Assembly (NCBI GenBank): GCA_050730875.1
Contig: JBOHNX010000003.1
Coordinates: 1 to 45,393 of the forward strand
Reading direction: 5' to 3'
From: Candidatus Saccharimonadales bacterium
GTDB taxonomy: Bacteria; Patescibacteriota; Saccharimonadia; Saccharimonadales; EFPC-124
Length of the DNA: 45,393 nt
Position 1 is the stretch's first letter. Each line of letters starts with the position of its first letter. The notes beneath the pieces were generated by a model. It saw nothing but the letters and a program-made list of their open reading frames with translations, had not been told where the DNA came from and did not search any database. This document shows positions 37,935 to 45,393 of this stretch, in pieces. A program made the position numbers and the translations under genes.

Positions 37935-38502
37935 TAATAAGTCAGACTTATACAGAGGCACGTCACGCTGCTAGAGAAGACCGTACAAGGTATAGTATCG
38001 AAGCAAGAGAGGGAGCATAACCCTCAATAACCGTGAAGAAGTAATCTATCGTATAACTAGCGAGGGCAGCAATGGTCTTATGCGGTTGGCGAACAGGTTG
38101 AGCGATGTGTTTGACATTAAAGGTGGTGTCCTTAGACAAGCCCACCCTGTGGTTAAGGGCCAGTGTCAGTGTTGACGGGTTGACGGCCTAACGGCGGGAA
38201 CTATCGACATAACCTCTACTTCTTCAAGAGTAACGTGCAGACAACTTCTGACGCTTGGGGATAGTAGGGGTAGTGTCTCAAAATCTCAGAGCCTTCAACA
38301 AGAACTAAGGTTTTCTGTGACAGTACCTACTCTATCCCGAATCCGAGAAAGCCCAGAATTCTCCGCAAACAGTGAGCGAAGCGAACGGCAAGTAACCGAA
38401 GGTTACGCTACAGATACCCCGAATTAGAACGTGCCAACAAACTCCAAAAAGTCTGACAAAATTCTGGCGTAGCCCCCTGCTGTAATGCCGTTTTTTATTA
38501 GC
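37935..38502 (+). ncRNA. candidate structured non-coding RNA, class unknown; ends approximate
   Basis: About 0.6 kb with stops in all six frames and visibly higher GC than the surrounding island. Helices: 38009-13/38021-25; 38122-26/38142-46; 38258-64/38332-38 plus 38269-77/38319-27, enclosing 38289-95/38307-13 (two G-U pairs on the + strand only); 38392-97/38401-06 (GAA loop). TATAAT at 37920-25 and a T6 run at 38491-96. Confidence 0.3.
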
Positions 38503-38510
38503 TAGCCTTC

Positions 38511-38547
38511 TTTTGGCCAGATTTTCGACCCTCTAACGCTATTTTTC
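38511..38547 (+). repeat. direct repeat copy 2 (37 nt)
   Basis: See copy 1. It abuts the stop codon (38548-50) of the Mrr-domain gene. Confidence 0.8.
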
Positions 38548-39705
38548 TTATTTTTTCGGGTCAATCGTCGGCAGTACCACAGTAATTAGCTCGTCTGTGT
38601 CTTGTTGTGTCCATTGCTTCTTTGTTGCTGGCTCTTGATCTATATCTATGTGATTATCAACTGGCGTAACCACCCCTTCATCATCGTCAGGGATAAGACC
38701 CTCTAGCTTGTGCAGAAGGTTTTTATGGTGCGTTAATATAACGTCCGATCTACGAGCCAATGTTTTAGCGGCATTCGTAAACAAATTATCCGACACGACT
38801 ACGGCATAATCAGTCCTATAGAAGATTCGCCCACTGACAATCTCTTGGACGGCTTTTGTACCTACGGGACGATTAAACAGCTTGCATTGAATAGCAAACG
38901 TCTTACCCTCTTTACTGGCTATAACATCTACACCGTAATCACCGCTACCTCGTGTTCTTTTCGCGCTGAACCCTCTAGCGTGTAGCAGCTTTCTTATGTA
39001 TTCCTCGTACTTGTACGGGTCATTGCCAATGAACTCAATCGGCAACGATGTATTCTTCGACCCCTTGGTTACAGGCTTACTGCTGTACATCGAAAAAAAG
39101 AGCATGAACACTACGCCCGCCAGATGAGTAACCTTCATGGGTCTGTTTGATTGCAAATCACCGTCAAGATTTAGTGTAAGTAGGCTGGCTCTATTAAGGG
39201 GGTCGTCTGAACCATTTTCTACAGAGACACTTACAACACCTTTGCCAACATTTCCATTCAGTGAGTACAGCAGTTCATCATTCATGTGATCGTCCCTACC
39301 GTCCCTAAGTAAACCAGCAACATACTTATCAGCAACAACAGTATCGGTATCTTTGTATTTTATGCCGTATAGATTTTCTGTGATAAAGGGGGGAGCTGGC
39401 AGTAGTGTGAAGCTGAACTCTTTTACCTTTCCACTATCTACAAGCTTATTGAGCGTAGGTAAAACGACTTTATGACTGAAATATATAATCTCTTTATCAA
39501 ACTTATAATCGATAAATTTGTGCCCGTAATCGTCTTCATCTATGTGCTGTTCAAACTTATCCTCTAATATATTCCAGTGCTGTCTCATGGATGCTACGAT
39601 TGCGGTCGTAAGCAGTCTCCAGTCATCATGCAAAGATGTGCGTAGCTGTGCTACTGCCTCATTTTTCTTCGACCTCTTGCTTGAGAATAGCGTTTTTAGG
39701 TTCAT
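38548..39705 (-). CDS. protein with a C-terminal Mrr-type restriction endonuclease domain and an unknown N-terminal region
   Basis: 385 aa. GSGDYGVDVIASKEGKTFAIQCKLF fits the Mrr_cat D...(Q/E)xK core. There is a central hydrophobic stretch, HLAGVVFMLFFSMY. Confidence 0.65.
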   Translation of the reverse strand: MNLKTLFSSKRSKKNEAVAQLRTSLHDDWRLLTTAIVASMRQHWNILEDKFEQHIDEDDYGHKFIDYKFDKEIIYFSHKVVLPTLNKLVDSGKVKEFSFTLLPAPPFITENLYGIKYKDTDTVVADKYVAGLLRDGRDDHMNDELLYSLNGNVGKGVVSVSVENGSDDPLNRASLLTLNLDGDLQSNRPMKVTHLAGVVFMLFFSMYSSKPVTKGSKNTSLPIEFIGNDPYKYEEYIRKLLHARGFSAKRTRGSGDYGVDVIASKEGKTFAIQCKLFNRPVGTKAVQEIVSGRIFYRTDYAVVVSDNLFTNAAKTLARRSDVILTHHKNLLHKLEGLIPDDDEGVVTPVDNHIDIDQEPATKKQWTQQDTDELITVVLPTIDPKK

Positions 39706-39711
39706 CTGGTT

Positions 39712-40182
39712 CTACTGGCAATAACTTGCAATCTCAGCGTTAATACCTGTACCCTTGAGAGCTGTTACTAATGCACTGTAATCTGAATTATTGTCGGTTG
39801 TAGCGAACCACGTTGATCCGTCAGTAACAACTTGATAAGAAGTGCTAATGTAGCCCTGCTCACAAGCTTGCTTGCGTTGATTCAAGCTAGTCTGCCAATT
39901 ACTAGGCTCCTCAAACTTGTATGCAACACCGTTCAAAGTGTAGGTATTGCCATTTATCGGTCCTTCACTACCAGTCGCACCAATCGTAGACAACGCACCA
40001 CTTAACGTAACTGCTGGCGTTTCTTCTTGTTGGGTTTCTTGCGATGAACTGGCTGCATTGTTCGTGCTGTTTGTGGTAGCTGTATTTGTACCACTGTCCT
40101 TCTTAGTCAAGAAGTAAAATGCACCAGCACCTACTACCAGCAAGGCTGCAACTATTGCGATGATTGTTGTTTTGCTTTTCAT
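39712..40182 (-). CDS. small membrane-anchored/secreted protein
   Basis: 156 aa with AGGAG 7 nt upstream. TM helix IIAIVAALLVVGAGAFYFL, then a T/N/S/Q-rich linker and a globular C-terminus with 2 Cys. It ends 6 nt before the Mrr-domain gene. Confidence 0.6.
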   Translation of the reverse strand: MKSKTTIIAIVAALLVVGAGAFYFLTKKDSGTNTATTNSTNNAASSSQETQQEETPAVTLSGALSTIGATGSEGPINGNTYTLNGVAYKFEEPSNWQTSLNQRKQACEQGYISTSYQVVTDGSTWFATTDNNSDYSALVTALKGTGINAEIASYCQ

Positions 40183-40203
40183 ATAATCTCCTATTACTCG
40201 TTA

Positions 40204-40231
40204 TAAAAAAGGACACCTATCTCTAGGTGTC
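40204..40231 (-). terminator. intrinsic terminator (minus strand)
   Basis: Perfect 8-bp stem GACACCTA (40212-19) / TAGGTGTC (40224-31) with a 4-nt loop. On the minus strand it is followed by C-UUUUUU. Confidence 0.55.
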
Positions 40232-40447
40232 TTAGGCCAGCAGCGAATTTGCATCCACTGTTTTCGAGAATAGGTGCCCTGTCTCGAATGCAAATGAAAA
40301 TACGCTACTAACCTAAGACAATTGTTAGTATAACTCATGTCATAACCATATGAACAGAGGCCGTTTTACATACAGCTCACATGTTTATCTGACAGAAATT
40401 TATAAAAAATCGTGCAAAAGCGTGCAAGTTTTCACTGAAGTGTCAGA

Positions 40448-40678
40448 TCAACGGGTTGTAAAAAAAGGCGTGGGTACTTCGCTCTGGTATTTATATGCTT
40501 TGATTATTAATTCTGTGAATTCAGGCTCATTATTCAAATATCGATAGAACGTGTCTCTAGAAATTTTATTCTTACGACAAGTCTCAGCCACTGAAGTATT
40601 TCGCTGAATATCGTCAGCAATGTTAATTAAGGTTAGATAGGTTACCTTGTGCTTACTGCTGATACTCTTTTTGATCAT
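40448..40678 (-). CDS. small HTH protein, phage terminase-small-subunit-like / regulator
   Basis: 76 aa with GAGGAG upstream. NTSVAETCRKNKISRDTFYRYLNNEPEFTELIIKA matches the pattern ...gis..TfYrWl..d.eF... of phage HTH proteins. Confidence 0.45.
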   Translation of the reverse strand: MIKKSISSKHKVTYLTLINIADDIQRNTSVAETCRKNKISRDTFYRYLNNEPEFTELIIKAYKYQSEVPTPFFTTR

Positions 40679-40772
40679 TATTCACTCCTCATTTTTGTTT
40701 CTACCGTCTCTTTTAATTATGACAGATTAAGTATTCTGTAAGATGTTGCGAATAAACTATAATAGTTAGCAA

Positions 40773-41579
40773 ATGAGTGAAAATTCTGACGACGCCAACG
40801 ACTACGCATTAGCAAGAATTCTGAACGAACATTTGATTAAAATACTCGTACTTTTAGATGATCAGAGGGACTTACCAGACTACACAGCCCTTAATCGTAG
40901 TTACGTTTTGCTAGCTAATGAGGTAAAACAAATCTACGCACGCCAACCCAAACTACAAAAGGTAGGTGGAACAATATGCTGGCGAGTAATGAAGAACATT
41001 GAGCTGTTTCATGAAAATATTGGAGAGTACAAATCGTTAGCATATGAATACACACATTCAGGGGCTGACTATGGCGAGGAGCATAACTCAAACGTAAACA
41101 TGCTCTGCATTGAAGCAAATATAGAAAAGCCAGTAATATCGCCACAAATCAAGCAACTTCTAACTGAAGCTGAAAGCAACATCAAAGCTTTCCAGTACGA
41201 ATTAGATAAGACGAACGCTACACTTTCGTTTGAGAAAATTACCATTCCTGTAATAACTATTGGAAATTCATCTTACCGTCTCACTTCGATGCGTAACGGT
41301 ATAACATTTGACCTTATTTCGTATTGTTTCGATAACTTCCCAAATGAACACGTGGGACTGACAACTATCAATAAGTATCTACAGCTAGAAAATCTTGGGA
41401 GACCAAATATAACCAACCTACGTGATAAAATGCGAGGTTCACATTTTGAAGATGAAGGTCCACTCGTACCATTTATCGAAATTTCACCAAGAAAGATAAT
41501 GATTAAGAAATCCACTGCCCTAACAGATGAACAAATCAACTCAATCAAAGCAGTTAGCAAACATTCTTATTCGGATTAA
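40773..41579 (+). CDS. hypothetical protein
   Basis: 268-aa ORF with island-like codon composition. TATAAT at 40758-63, only 9 nt before the ATG. No recognisable motif. Confidence 0.55.
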   Translation: MSENSDDANDYALARILNEHLIKILVLLDDQRDLPDYTALNRSYVLLANEVKQIYARQPKLQKVGGTICWRVMKNIELFHENIGEYKSLAYEYTHSGADYGEEHNSNVNMLCIEANIEKPVISPQIKQLLTEAESNIKAFQYELDKTNATLSFEKITIPVITIGNSSYRLTSMRNGITFDLISYCFDNFPNEHVGLTTINKYLQLENLGRPNITNLRDKMRGSHFEDEGPLVPFIEISPRKIMIKKSTALTDEQINSIKAVSKHSYSD

Positions 41580-41767
41580 CTCGTAGTAAACACACTTCGT
41601 TCGCATTAACTCGGTCTTGACGGGTAAATTTTTTATGGTCTGGGATAATTAGAATAGAAACATTTAAGTTAGAAAACTTGGTGTTCAAAAATTAATTAAA
41701 TCGAACGAAACGGTACAGCAGCATGCTCTATCGGCTTGTTCAGTGCGTCTTTAAGAAAGGACGAAAT

Positions 41768-42058
41768 ATGAGCAAAGAAATAAGAAAAAAGAGTGAAGGT
41801 GTCAGCAGCTTCGATACGGAAGAAGCGGACTTGGCTATGTGGTTGATGAATTCAGGTTACAAGCTAATTTGTATGCACCCTAAAGAAGGAACTCGTCACC
41901 TGATTTACCACTTTGCGATAACAAGCAATATTGAGAAAGCTGTTTCGGATTACTACGAATCGAAAAAAATCAGTGCAACAGATCAATTCATGGCTGCAAT
42001 GAAAAGCACTTTGAAGGCATTCGAGAAGGAGGAGCGTAATGCACGTAAATCCAAATAA
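41768..42058 (+). CDS. small protein, DUF5659-like
   Basis: I prefer ATG 41768 (AAAGGA upstream). DLAMWLMNSGYKLICMHPKEGTRHLIYHFAITSNIEKAVSDYY resembles the DUF5659 pattern as I recall it. Confidence 0.4.
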   Translation: MSKEIRKKSEGVSSFDTEEADLAMWLMNSGYKLICMHPKEGTRHLIYHFAITSNIEKAVSDYYESKKISATDQFMAAMKSTLKAFEKEERNARKSK

Positions 42059-42143
42059 TACCAAAGAGCTCTTAAACTCTAGAAACATTGACTGCCGTGA
42101 GCATGGTGGGGTTGTTAATTTGGAGCAGCCAGAGGCTTAAACA

Positions 42144-42278
42144 ATGGCACGCAAACCCGTACCACCAGTTATGGAATATGAATTCGTCGATGACGGTGAT
42201 ACGAGTGCTGTTGATGAAGCTTTCAATTATTTGTTCGATCGTTACTTCAAAGAATTGGCAGAAAATCCTAAGGAGTAA
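42144..42278 (+). CDS. possible 44-aa acidic protein
   Basis: MARKPVPPVMEYEFVDDGDTSAVDEAFNYLFDRYFKELAENPKE looks more protein-like than the overlapping track ORF 42088..42285. No strong SD. Confidence 0.3.
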   Translation: MARKPVPPVMEYEFVDDGDTSAVDEAFNYLFDRYFKELAENPKE

Positions 42279-42319
42279 TCATTGATATTTATTTATAAAT
42301 GTTTATAATGGAGATTATA

Positions 42320-42511
42320 ATGATAGACAAGAAATATTACACAGTACAGGAAGTTGCCGACTTATTAAAACTTCACTGGCAGAGTGTACTAACCTACATA
42401 AAAAACGGAGAGCTAGAAGCCGTAAAACTCGGTAAGGGTTACCGTATCAGTCAACAAGCTCTGGATTCATTCATAGCAAAACGCACAACCAAAACGAAAG
42501 GAACAAAATAA
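42320..42511 (+). CDS. xis: excisionase-family (MerR-like HTH_17) DNA-binding protein, candidate recombination directionality factor
   Basis: I prefer ATG 42320 (GGAG upstream). YYTVQEVADLLKLHWQSVLTYIKNGELEAVKLGKGYRIS is the classic excisionase-type HTH. TAATG overlap with the recombinase start. Confidence 0.7.
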   Translation: MIDKKYYTVQEVADLLKLHWQSVLTYIKNGELEAVKLGKGYRISQQALDSFIAKRTTKTKGTK

Positions 42512-44214
42512 TGTTGAGAGCGGCACTATATGCTCGTGTGAGCACAGAACTACAAAAAGACGAACAAACTGTCAAAAGCCAGCTATCTGAAGTCAAGAAT
42601 GCAATCATAGATGACGGTAACGCACTTATTGAAAGTTGTGAATACATTGATGAAAGTTGGTCTGGTGCAATACTGGAACGCCCTGCCCTTGATTTAATGC
42701 GTCAAGATGCACGTGAGAGAAAGTTCGATATTTTATACGTGTACGACAAAGGACGTCTAGCTCGAAAGTACGTATACCAAGAAATAGTAATTGAAGAACT
42801 AACCAATTTAGAGATTAAATTTAAGAGCTTGCACGACATTAACGGAAGCACTCCAGAAGAAGTAGTCATGGGCGGTGTTATGGGTCTGTTCCACGAATAT
42901 GAGCGTGTAAAGATTACTGAACGTTTTCGTATTGGTAAGCTCAATAAGGTTCGTTCTGGCAAGCTGCTGGGCTATCAAGCCCCTTACGGCTACGATTACA
43001 TACCTATCAAGGGCAAGGGCTTAGATAAGATCAACGGCAAATTTGTGATCAACGAAGAAGAAGCCAGGGTAGTCAAAATGATTTTCGAATGGATTGGCGT
43101 TGAATGCGTATCAATTAAAGAAGTTATTCGTCGCTTGTACGATCTAGGGATACCGCCTAAGAAACAAAAACGTGACACTTGGACTAATGGTCCAATACAC
43201 CGCATGCTGAAAAATGAAACCTATATCGGTAAGCACTTCTACTACAAGTCTGAGAGCGTAATGACTAAAAACCCTATGGCTAAGACACAGAAGAAGTACC
43301 AACACCGTCATTCAATGAAGGGCAGTCGTAAAACCCGACCACGTGATGAATGGCTAGAGGTAGAAGTAGATCGTATCATCAGTGATGAATTGTTTCAAAA
43401 GGCCAAAGCACAGATTAAAAGCAACGGTAAACTTAGTCAACGCTTCAAGAAAAACCCCTACCTTTTTAGCGGTTTAATATCTTGTCCGTGTGGTGCAAAC
43501 AGAACTGGTGAAGGACAGAATGGTCATTTCTACTACCGTTGTAACGATCGCTTACTGAAATTTCCCAAGCCTCGTTCTTGCTTTGAAGCTGGTGTGAACG
43601 TGCAGGTATTAGACACTGTTGGCTGGGCTAAACTCTGTGAATTAATGACAGACCCTACCCTGTTGCAACAGCAACTTGACCGTTATGCAGAAGAAAAGAA
43701 GCTACTGGCTGGTCAAAGCCCAAAGAAAGATGAATTGAGAATGCAGGTCAAAGCCTTAGAGCAAGAAGAACGTCGCTACGTGAAAGGTTGGGGTCAAGGC
43801 ACGATGTCAGAGACTGTATATACAGATCAGATGAATAGTGTTGCTAGACGCCGTAAGGAGCTTACAGACATGCTTAATAAGCCTGAGGCGGACAAGTTAG
43901 CACAATTACGTGACATTGATTTAGAAACATCTGTAGAACCTTTCAAGCAGTATCTAAGTAATCTCGGCTACGAAGATAAGCTTTTTACTGTAAGGAAGAT
44001 TGTTGATAAAGTAATAGCAACGAAGGAGAACGTAAGAATATGCGGAAAAATACCAGCATATGCTACTTCATTAACTGTAAACAAGGTCGGGTTAGATGTT
44101 GAGCATAGCGATACAAGAGACACAACACAAGCAATTAATCAAGAACAGGTTGGGTTGAATGCTAAGCATTGGCATTGTCGGCCTACCAAACGTAGGCAAA
44201 TCGACGCTGTTTAA
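42511..44214 (+). CDS. large serine recombinase (integrase); its 3' end crosses attR and overlaps ychF
   Basis: 567 aa. AALYARVSTELQ carries the catalytic Ser. Resolvase and recombinase domains, a zinc ribbon (CPCGANRTGEGQNGHFYYRCNDR) and a coiled coil. The last 18 codons lie inside ychF in another frame. Confidence 0.9.
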   Translation: MLRAALYARVSTELQKDEQTVKSQLSEVKNAIIDDGNALIESCEYIDESWSGAILERPALDLMRQDARERKFDILYVYDKGRLARKYVYQEIVIEELTNLEIKFKSLHDINGSTPEEVVMGGVMGLFHEYERVKITERFRIGKLNKVRSGKLLGYQAPYGYDYIPIKGKGLDKINGKFVINEEEARVVKMIFEWIGVECVSIKEVIRRLYDLGIPPKKQKRDTWTNGPIHRMLKNETYIGKHFYYKSESVMTKNPMAKTQKKYQHRHSMKGSRKTRPRDEWLEVEVDRIISDELFQKAKAQIKSNGKLSQRFKKNPYLFSGLISCPCGANRTGEGQNGHFYYRCNDRLLKFPKPRSCFEAGVNVQVLDTVGWAKLCELMTDPTLLQQQLDRYAEEKKLLAGQSPKKDELRMQVKALEQEERRYVKGWGQGTMSETVYTDQMNSVARRRKELTDMLNKPEADKLAQLRDIDLETSVEPFKQYLSNLGYEDKLFTVRKIVDKVIATKENVRICGKIPAYATSLTVNKVGLDVEHSDTRDTTQAINQEQVGLNAKHWHCRPTKRRQIDAV

Positions 44215-45232
44215 TGCCCTAACCGACAATAGTATTTTGGCGGCTAATTATCCGTTTGCGACGATTGAGCCAAACACGGGTATTGTGCCTGTGCCAGACG
44301 AGCGCCTGGAGGTGCTGCAAAAGATGTACGACGCCGCGAAGGTTTTGCCGGCTACAGTCACGTTTGTAGATATTGCCGGTTTAGTCGCAGGTGCTAGTAA
44401 GGGCGAAGGTCTTGGCAATAAGTTTTTAGCGAACATTCGCGAATGTGATGCGATTTGCCATGTGGTGCGGGCATTTGCCGACGACAACGTGTTGCATGTT
44501 GCGAACCGTGTGCACCCTAACGACGATATCGAAATTATCAACACCGAGCTTATTTTGGCAGATATGCAAACGATCGAGCAGCGTCTCGCCAAACTTTCCA
44601 AAGAGGCCAAAGCCGATCCTAAACTCAAACCAAAGCAAGATTACATTCTGCGCCTAAAAGAACATTTGGAGCGCGGTACTCCCCTGCACAAATTGCCGAG
44701 TCTCGACCACGAGCTCATCCGCGACCTGCATTTGCTCACCGCAAAGCCGGTTATTTATGTGTTTAATGTCGATGAAACTACGCTCACCGACGCAGCAAAA
44801 AAGGCTGAACTAATCGCATTGGTTGACCCGGCTCGTGCTATATTTATTTGCGCAAAATTGGAAGAAGAGCTGCGCGATTTAGATGAGGACGATGCCAAAG
44901 AAATGTTAGCAGAGTACGGGCAAACCGAACCAGGCCTACACCAACTTATTAAAGCCGCTTACGACACACTTGGTCTGCAAAGCTACTTAACTGCCGGGCC
45001 AAAAGAAGTGCGCGCCTGGACTATCAAAAAAAGCAGCACTGCCCCACAAGCTGCAGGCGTCATTCATACCGATTTTGAACGCGGCTTTATAGCTGCGCAG
45101 GTCGTCAATTACAAAGATCTCGTTGCCACTGGTTCAGAAGCAGCCGCCAAGGCCGCAGGCAAAGTCGCAACCGTTGGGAAAGACTACGTAATGCAACCAG
45201 ACGATGTCGTCGAATTTAGGTTCAACGTCTAA
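44159..45232 (+). CDS. ychF: ribosome-binding ATPase YchF (first about 7 codons supplied by the element)
   Basis: MLSIGIVGLPNVGKSTLFNALT, FATIEPNTG, DIAGLV.GASKGEGLGN and the C-terminal TGS-like RAWTI...APQAAGVIHTDFERGFI. Confidence 0.95.
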   Translation: MLSIGIVGLPNVGKSTLFNALTDNSILAANYPFATIEPNTGIVPVPDERLEVLQKMYDAAKVLPATVTFVDIAGLVAGASKGEGLGNKFLANIRECDAICHVVRAFADDNVLHVANRVHPNDDIEIINTELILADMQTIEQRLAKLSKEAKADPKLKPKQDYILRLKEHLERGTPLHKLPSLDHELIRDLHLLTAKPVIYVFNVDETTLTDAAKKAELIALVDPARAIFICAKLEEELRDLDEDDAKEMLAEYGQTEPGLHQLIKAAYDTLGLQSYLTAGPKEVRAWTIKKSSTAPQAAGVIHTDFERGFIAAQVVNYKDLVATGSEAAAKAAGKVATVGKDYVMQPDDVVEFRFNV

Positions 45233-45393
45233 CCCGCCCGAGGGCGAATACCTGCTGGCCCACTATGGGTTTGGCGGTGCTGATTTTGCACCACAACTTA
45301 CATTGCAACCAAAAGATGACGCTACTTTTGTGCATTTGCAACCGCGCGACCAAGTGCTCACACTAACGTTCGATACCGAGCAGCGCTATTGCA
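45204..45393 (+). CDS. possible 5' part of a downstream gene (open to the window end)
   Basis: The frame is open from ATG 45204 (overlapping the ychF end) to 45393: MSSNLGSTSNPPEGEYLLAHYGFGGADF... There is no recognisable motif and the start is uncertain. Confidence 0.25.
   Translation, partial: MSSNLGSTSNPPEGEYLLAHYGFGGADFAPQLTLQPKDDATFVHLQPRDQVLTLTFDTEQRYC

Larger units (their letters stand above)
26489..44178. mobile_element. 17.7-kb integrated defence island / satellite-like element mobilised by a large serine recombinase, inserted in the 5' end of ychF
   Basis: The composition drops relative to the flanks. The recombinase plus an Xis-type HTH gene sit at the right end. ychF-start copies occur at both junctions. 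The cargo is dominated by restriction/defence genes. Confidence 0.65.

Noticed and set aside
37693-38145. ORFs 37693..37974 (+) and 37963..38145 (-) in the gap between restriction modules
   Set aside because: They have no SD and odd composition. They overlap the direct repeat and the helix-rich segment, and the region is better explained as non-coding.
37935-38502. The possibility that the structured segment is tmRNA, RNase P RNA, a tRNA or a group II intron
   Set aside because: I could not find the T-loop GGTTCGA(A/T)TCC, a CCA-ending acceptor, the RNase P GAGGAAAGTCC box, the 5' GTGCG with a domain V consensus, or a tag-peptide reading frame.
42088-42285. Track ORF 42088..42285 (65 aa)
   Set aside because: Its translation (…LLIWSSQRLKQWHANPYHQLWNMNSSM…) looks non-protein-like. 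The overlapping 44-codon frame beginning at 42144 is more plausible, though still weak.
1-45393. CRISPR arrays, rRNA/tRNA genes and IS elements with inverted repeats
   Set aside because: I saw no regularly spaced short repeats, no tRNA-like T-arm/acceptor pairs, and no transposase ORFs. The only mobility gene is the serine recombinase.

Overview
This 45.4-kb window is bacterial chromosome carrying an 18.8-kb AT-richer insertion. Hand-sampled lines give about 55% GC in the core and about 40% in the insert. The core gene content suggests a monoderm, possibly Patescibacteria/Saccharibacteria-like organism; that taxonomic call is low-confidence inference. Core, left to right: (1) a minus-strand array with pilN (partial), pilM, a 722-aa secreted protein, a TPR protein and a beta-lactamase-fold serine hydrolase; (2) a GH10 xylanase relic; (3) an M14 peptidase; (4) an unannotated 37-codon prepilin-like mini-ORF; (5) a start/stop-coupled F1-type ATPase operon (b-like, delta, alpha, gamma, beta, epsilon) headed by an unknown 280-aa membrane protein, with no a or c subunit in the window; (6) an 8.5-kb locus of secreted beta-rich proteins resembling WxL/Csc cell-surface clusters of Firmicutes. 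From about 25.4 to 44.18 kb lie two tandem integrated elements inserted into codons 7-9 of ychF. Each element brings its own replacement ychF start. The large serine recombinase ORF of the intact element reads across attR into ychF, and a conserved alternative C-terminal tail for it sits at the opposite (left) end of the element. The intact 17.7-kb element carries a six-gene coupled minus-strand operon: MmeI/PglX-like m6A methyltransferase, SF2 helicase, GIY-YIG/T5orf172 nuclease, DUF262-DUF1524 (GmrSD-like), DUF4263 (Shedu-like) and DUF2779. It also carries an Mrr-domain gene pair, a roughly 0.6-kb ORF-free and apparently structured region bracketed by 37-bp direct repeats, and a small phage-like regulatory module. 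I consider the six-gene operon, especially its distal DUF4263-DUF2779 pair and its split Type-ISP-like front half, the best candidate for an undescribed defence system. All domain calls come from motif recognition by eye; no searches were run.
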